A DNA stretch of 64,000 bases from Candidatus Bathyarchaeota archaeon (GTDB lineage Archaea; Thermoproteota; Bathyarchaeia; Bathyarchaeales; Bathycorpusculaceae): positions 96,001 to 160,000 of the forward strand of contig CAWGYA010000005.1 in NCBI GenBank assembly GCA_963826715.1, read 5' to 3'. The notes beneath the pieces were generated by a model. That model saw nothing but the letters and a program-made list of their open reading frames with translations, was not told the DNA's origin and made no database searches. Position numbers and translations under genes: made by a program. This document shows positions 60,877 through 64,000 of this stretch, piece after piece (the stretch's first letter is position 1; the number at the start of each line of letters is the position of its first letter).

Positions 60877-61626
60877 GTGGATTTTGATTTAACTCACCGG
60901 TGGCAAGCTGGCAATTCATTCCGTGAAGAAGCCGTTAAAGGCACCTATGACCTCAGGGACGTCAAGTTGGAGAAGCATATCTGCGGAAGCCTTCCAATTG
61001 AGGGCTTGAATTGGCAGATCGGCGTTATAGTCGGGTCCAGCGGCAGCGGAAAAACCAGCATAGCCCGCCATCAGTGGCCTGAGGCTTACTTTGCAGATTT
61101 AGGGGAGCGCTATAAGCAACCTTGTTTTCTCAACGATTTCCCATCTGAACTAAGCATCAAAGACATCGAAACTGCCCTGTGTAGCAGCGGATTTAGCGAG
61201 CCGCCGTCTTGGCTAAAAAGCTATTCGGTGTTAAGTCAGGGTCAGAAGATGCGTGTGGATGTTGCCCATGCGCTTTGTCTTCCCCAAAACTTAGTTGTTT
61301 TCGATGAGTTCACAAGCACCGTGGATCGCACTGTAGCTCAAATCGGCAGCTATGCGATTAGCCGTGCCGTTCGAAAGCATCCTGGTAAACAGTTTATCGC
61401 CGTAACCTGCCATTTCGACGTGCTGGATTGGCTTGAGCCTGACTGGGTCTATGATGTAGACGCTAACGTTTTTTGGGATTACACAGGCACATTGCCGGAC
61501 CAAAAGACAGCTTTAGGAACCCAAGTTAGGATTGTAAAAAAAAACGACGTCACCCGCCAATCAACTTATCAGTGCATAGGTGCAACCTTGCCCTGTGGCA
61601 GGTGTTTAGGGAACATCACTATCTAA
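60877..61626 (+). CDS. ABC-type ATPase (N-terminal part of an ATPase-GNAT fusion)
   Basis: GSSGSGKT, LSQGQKMR, VFDEFTSTVDR, TCHFDVLDWLEPDW. RBS AGGAGG before GTG 60877. Confidence 0.85.
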   Translation: MDFDLTHRWQAGNSFREEAVKGTYDLRDVKLEKHICGSLPIEGLNWQIGVIVGSSGSGKTSIARHQWPEAYFADLGERYKQPCFLNDFPSELSIKDIETALCSSGFSEPPSWLKSYSVLSQGQKMRVDVAHALCLPQNLVVFDEFTSTVDRTVAQIGSYAISRAVRKHPGKQFIAVTCHFDVLDWLEPDWVYDVDANVFWDYTGTLPDQKTALGTQVRIVKKNDVTRQSTYQCIGATLPCGRCLGNITI

Positions 61627-62027
61627 ACACTAAGGCTCTTGGGGCTGGCATACGATGTTATGTCGCCAAATATGGGGATAAACCCATTGCGTTTATTGCA
61701 GTTGCAAATGTGCACATGAAGGTACAGTATTATCGGGTCAGTCGGCTTGTTGTCCTTCCAGATTATCAAGGCATCGGTGTAGGCAAGCGGCTATTGAATT
61801 TTATGGCGGATCTCTACACAAGGCAGACTAAGCGTCCTTTCTATATTGTAACAAGCAATCCTCAACTTGCACGTGGCTTGGCGAATTGGAAGGTTAAGCG
61901 GTTTGGGCATGGCAGTTCGGGAAGAAATAACACAAGAATAAATCGGGGGTTGGTTAAAGCGAACAGTAGAGGGCGCTTGACATTCACATTAGAGTATGTT
62001 CCAAATATGGGAGCGCCTAAACAATGA
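61572..62027 (+). CDS. GNAT acetyltransferase (C-terminal part of the fusion, reached by a -1 frameshift)
   Basis: WQVFREHHYL, RVSRLVVLPDYQGIGVG, TSNP. The frame is open upstream to the A9 run at 61536-61544. Confidence 0.85.
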   Translation: MHRCNLALWQVFREHHYLNTKALGAGIRCYVAKYGDKPIAFIAVANVHMKVQYYRVSRLVVLPDYQGIGVGKRLLNFMADLYTRQTKRPFYIVTSNPQLARGLANWKVKRFGHGSSGRNNTRINRGLVKANSRGRLTFTLEYVPNMGAPKQ

Positions 62028-62051
62028 CTTTTATCGCTTTCTTGGACAATT

Positions 62052-62588
62052 ATGTCCAAAATATGGGGGTACCCCATGGAACCTGAGTTGTTTAAGCGAC
62101 GTCAAAGAATGCTTAGGCTATTGGCTGTCGGAAACTCGCTAAGCGCTATTGTCCAGACTCTAAGTGCAGAGTTTCATGTTAGCGAATGGGTAATTTACAA
62201 AGACCATAAACGGATGAAAACCTGGGTTCATGCTTTCGAGCAAGACGAGGTACTGGCATCTATTTTGCGGGCACGGTTGGACTTCTTGAATCGCGAAGCC
62301 ATGGGTCTTCTAACTGAAGGCGACGACAAGAAGCCGCTAAGCGTCAAAGATAAGTTTGTGAAAATTGGCGCTCTAAATACTGCTCTCAAAATTACCGTTG
62401 AGCAAATTAAGGTCGGGCAGGAACTTGGGCTGATTGAGAGAAAACCCGAAGTAATTCAATCCGCGGTTAGTTTGGCTATGCCGTTTGAGGCGTCGCCCGA
62501 GATTAAGGCTGCCTACATCAAATTCGCTGAATCTCAAAGGGCTGACAAAGATGCCACAACAAAAGCTGAACCTGACGCCGGGAACTGA
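62052..62588 (+). CDS. HTH protein, terminase small subunit candidate
   Basis: RRQRMLRLLAVGNSLSAIVQTLSAEFHVSEWVIYKD (HTH), helical body, overlaps the TerL start. Confidence 0.65.
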   Translation: MSKIWGYPMEPELFKRRQRMLRLLAVGNSLSAIVQTLSAEFHVSEWVIYKDHKRMKTWVHAFEQDEVLASILRARLDFLNREAMGLLTEGDDKKPLSVKDKFVKIGALNTALKITVEQIKVGQELGLIERKPEVIQSAVSLAMPFEASPEIKAAYIKFAESQRADKDATTKAEPDAGN

Positions 62589-63819
62589 TTTCCTCCGATA
62601 CTGCCCTCATCCTGCCCAGCTTCCTTTTCACGCAGGCAAAGGCATCTATAGCCAACGGGCTTGTCTCTGTGGAACGGGTTCGGGAAAGACAAAATGCGGG
62701 TTGGCTGAGGATATTCGCTGGGCGCTGGATTATCCTGGGAGCGTCGGCTTCATTTTTGAGCCATCTTACCCAATGATGAAGCGTATTCTCTTCCCAACAT
62801 TGGAGAGCAAAGATTTCTTTGGCTGCCGCTATCCTTTTACGCAAAATCCCTACGTGGCTGACTTTAACCGTGGGGACATGCGGCTGGATTGGTTTAACGG
62901 TTCGCAGTGGTGGTTTGTCTCGCTTGACGATCCAGAAAAAGCCGAGGGTCCTAACGTTGATTATGCGCATGTCGATGAGGCGCGGCTTGTTCGCCACTTC
63001 GACACAGCGTGGCTTACAGTTGTGCGTAGGCTTCGCAAAAGTGGCCGCTGCATGGTTCCAATTAATCCGGGCATTTGGCTTACGACAACGACCGATTCTC
63101 CCGGCAGCCCTTTGTATAATATCACGGAGAACCCTGAGACGAATTCGCCTAATATGCGGATTTACCGTTGGAGCATCTTTGAGAACCCAACGTTGCCCAA
63201 AGAATTTTTGGCAGAAATTGTACGGACTCACACGGGTGGCTTAGCTGACCGCTTTATCTATGGCAAATTTGCCACTGTCGCCGCGGGTAGCTTGCCCTTT
63301 GACTCTTCAAAGCATATTCGGGAGTTGACTGATAAGGCGTTGATTAATCGGGTTAGCTTTGGCGTTGACTTCGGTTGGAGTGCACCCAGCGCTATTGTGG
63401 TGAACGTTTTTGATCCTGACGGCAGAGCCTACGCAGTGGATGAATTCTATAAACGTGAAACTACAGATGAAGAGTTAGCGGAGGCAGCCAAAGACTTGCA
63501 AGAGACATGGGGTGAGGGAACGTTTTGGTGCGATGCCCGCTTTCCCCAGTCAATTTTAAAGCTTTGCCGTGCAGGATTAGACGCTAAGCCCTACACTTTC
63601 AAACGGGACGATGGGCTGAGGGAACTTGGCAGCCGCCTGACTCCTGCGAGCGATGGGAAGCCTCGCCAGTTTGTAAGCAAACGCTGTGTCAACCTTATCA
63701 GCGAGTTGTTGGAGTATCGGGAAGACATCAAGGAGAATGACCATGCGACTGATGCTCTGCGGTATAGTTTGCCGCTGGAGCAAGAAGAGAAGCCGTTTTT
63801 GTATGTAGTTAGGCGTTGA
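62551..63819 (+). CDS. terL: Terminase large subunit, module 2
   Basis: PHPAQ, Walker A CGTGSGKT, EPSYPMM, Walker B AHVDEA, TTT, nuclease FGVDFG and DHATDALRY. Likely ATG at 62551. Confidence 0.9.
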   Translation: MPQQKLNLTPGTDFLRYCPHPAQLPFHAGKGIYSQRACLCGTGSGKTKCGLAEDIRWALDYPGSVGFIFEPSYPMMKRILFPTLESKDFFGCRYPFTQNPYVADFNRGDMRLDWFNGSQWWFVSLDDPEKAEGPNVDYAHVDEARLVRHFDTAWLTVVRRLRKSGRCMVPINPGIWLTTTTDSPGSPLYNITENPETNSPNMRIYRWSIFENPTLPKEFLAEIVRTHTGGLADRFIYGKFATVAAGSLPFDSSKHIRELTDKALINRVSFGVDFGWSAPSAIVVNVFDPDGRAYAVDEFYKRETTDEELAEAAKDLQETWGEGTFWCDARFPQSILKLCRAGLDAKPYTFKRDDGLRELGSRLTPASDGKPRQFVSKRCVNLISELLEYREDIKENDHATDALRYSLPLEQEEKPFLYVVRR

Positions 63820-63859
63820 CGCCCTCAAATAGCAAGAATATAAGCACTTAGCAAGTGAA

Positions 63860-64000
63860 CTATTCTTCTATTTTGAAGAATTCGCCAATTTGAGTGAGAT
63901 GCAAATTAGCTCTGTCAAGAATAGGTTGTAAGGACTGTCTTGTACAAGTATCAAAAGAGCCTTTGAGCATTAGAGAGCATACGCCTTTATCATCATTAAT
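63860..64000 (-). CDS. C-terminal end of a hypothetical gene convergent with terL (partial)
   Basis: Open frame INDDKGVCSLMLKGSFDTCTRQSLQPILDRANLHLTQIGEFFKIEE* from the window edge. Confidence 0.45.
   Translation of the reverse strand: MNDDKGVCSLMLKGSFDTCTRQSLQPILDRANLHLTQIGEFFKIEE

Larger units (their letters stand above)
59559..64000 (+). mobile_element. Provirus-like integrated element (left end), extending beyond the window
   Basis: Begins at the tRNA-derived att site. Tightly overlapping + strand genes encode ParB-like, ATPase/GNAT, HTH and TerL proteins. Visibly more G+C-rich than flanking DNA. Confidence 0.75.

Noticed and set aside
62518-63244. 237-aa minus-strand and 141-aa plus-strand ORFs inside terL
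   Set aside because: Shadow ORFs of a GC-richer gene with no recognisable domains.

Overview
Archaeal chromosomal window. The rnp4-yhbY-rps19e-PDCD5-rpl39e-rpl31e-eIF6-rplX-pfdA-ftsY cluster and Alba establish the domain. A large PQQ-like beta-propeller surface protein and a membrane-anchored HTH regulator suggest Bathyarchaeia (inference). The left and middle parts hold host genes: site-2 protease, a frameshifted multicopper oxidase, FMN glutamate synthase, a hyaluronan-synthase-like GT2 with nucleotide-sugar dehydrogenase and flippase, the dTDP-rhamnose operon, citrate synthase, a GlpA-like FAD/Fe-S trio, a CheB-CheR-PAS histidine kinase and CorA. The most striking feature is two divergent terminase-large-subunit modules, each coupled to an ABC-type ATPase plus GNAT acetyltransferase. 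Module 1 (9.4-12.8 kb) sits among host genes, shares their strand composition and has no portal, capsid or integrase gene nearby, so it may be a domesticated system. Its upstream gene contains a (GAA)n/(TTC)n hairpin with a C-run loop that recurs, inverted, in an intergenic region at 33.5 kb. Module 2 (60.3-63.8 kb) lies in a provirus-like element starting at a tRNA 3'-end att site, and its ATPase and GNAT are joined by an A AAA AAC -1 slippery site. The 52.9-59.6 kb region looks like a decayed integration hotspot, with tRNA-like remnants, an integrase pseudogene and small cassette-like genes. No rRNA, complete tRNA or CRISPR array was seen. All calls come from reading motifs by eye; no database searches were run.
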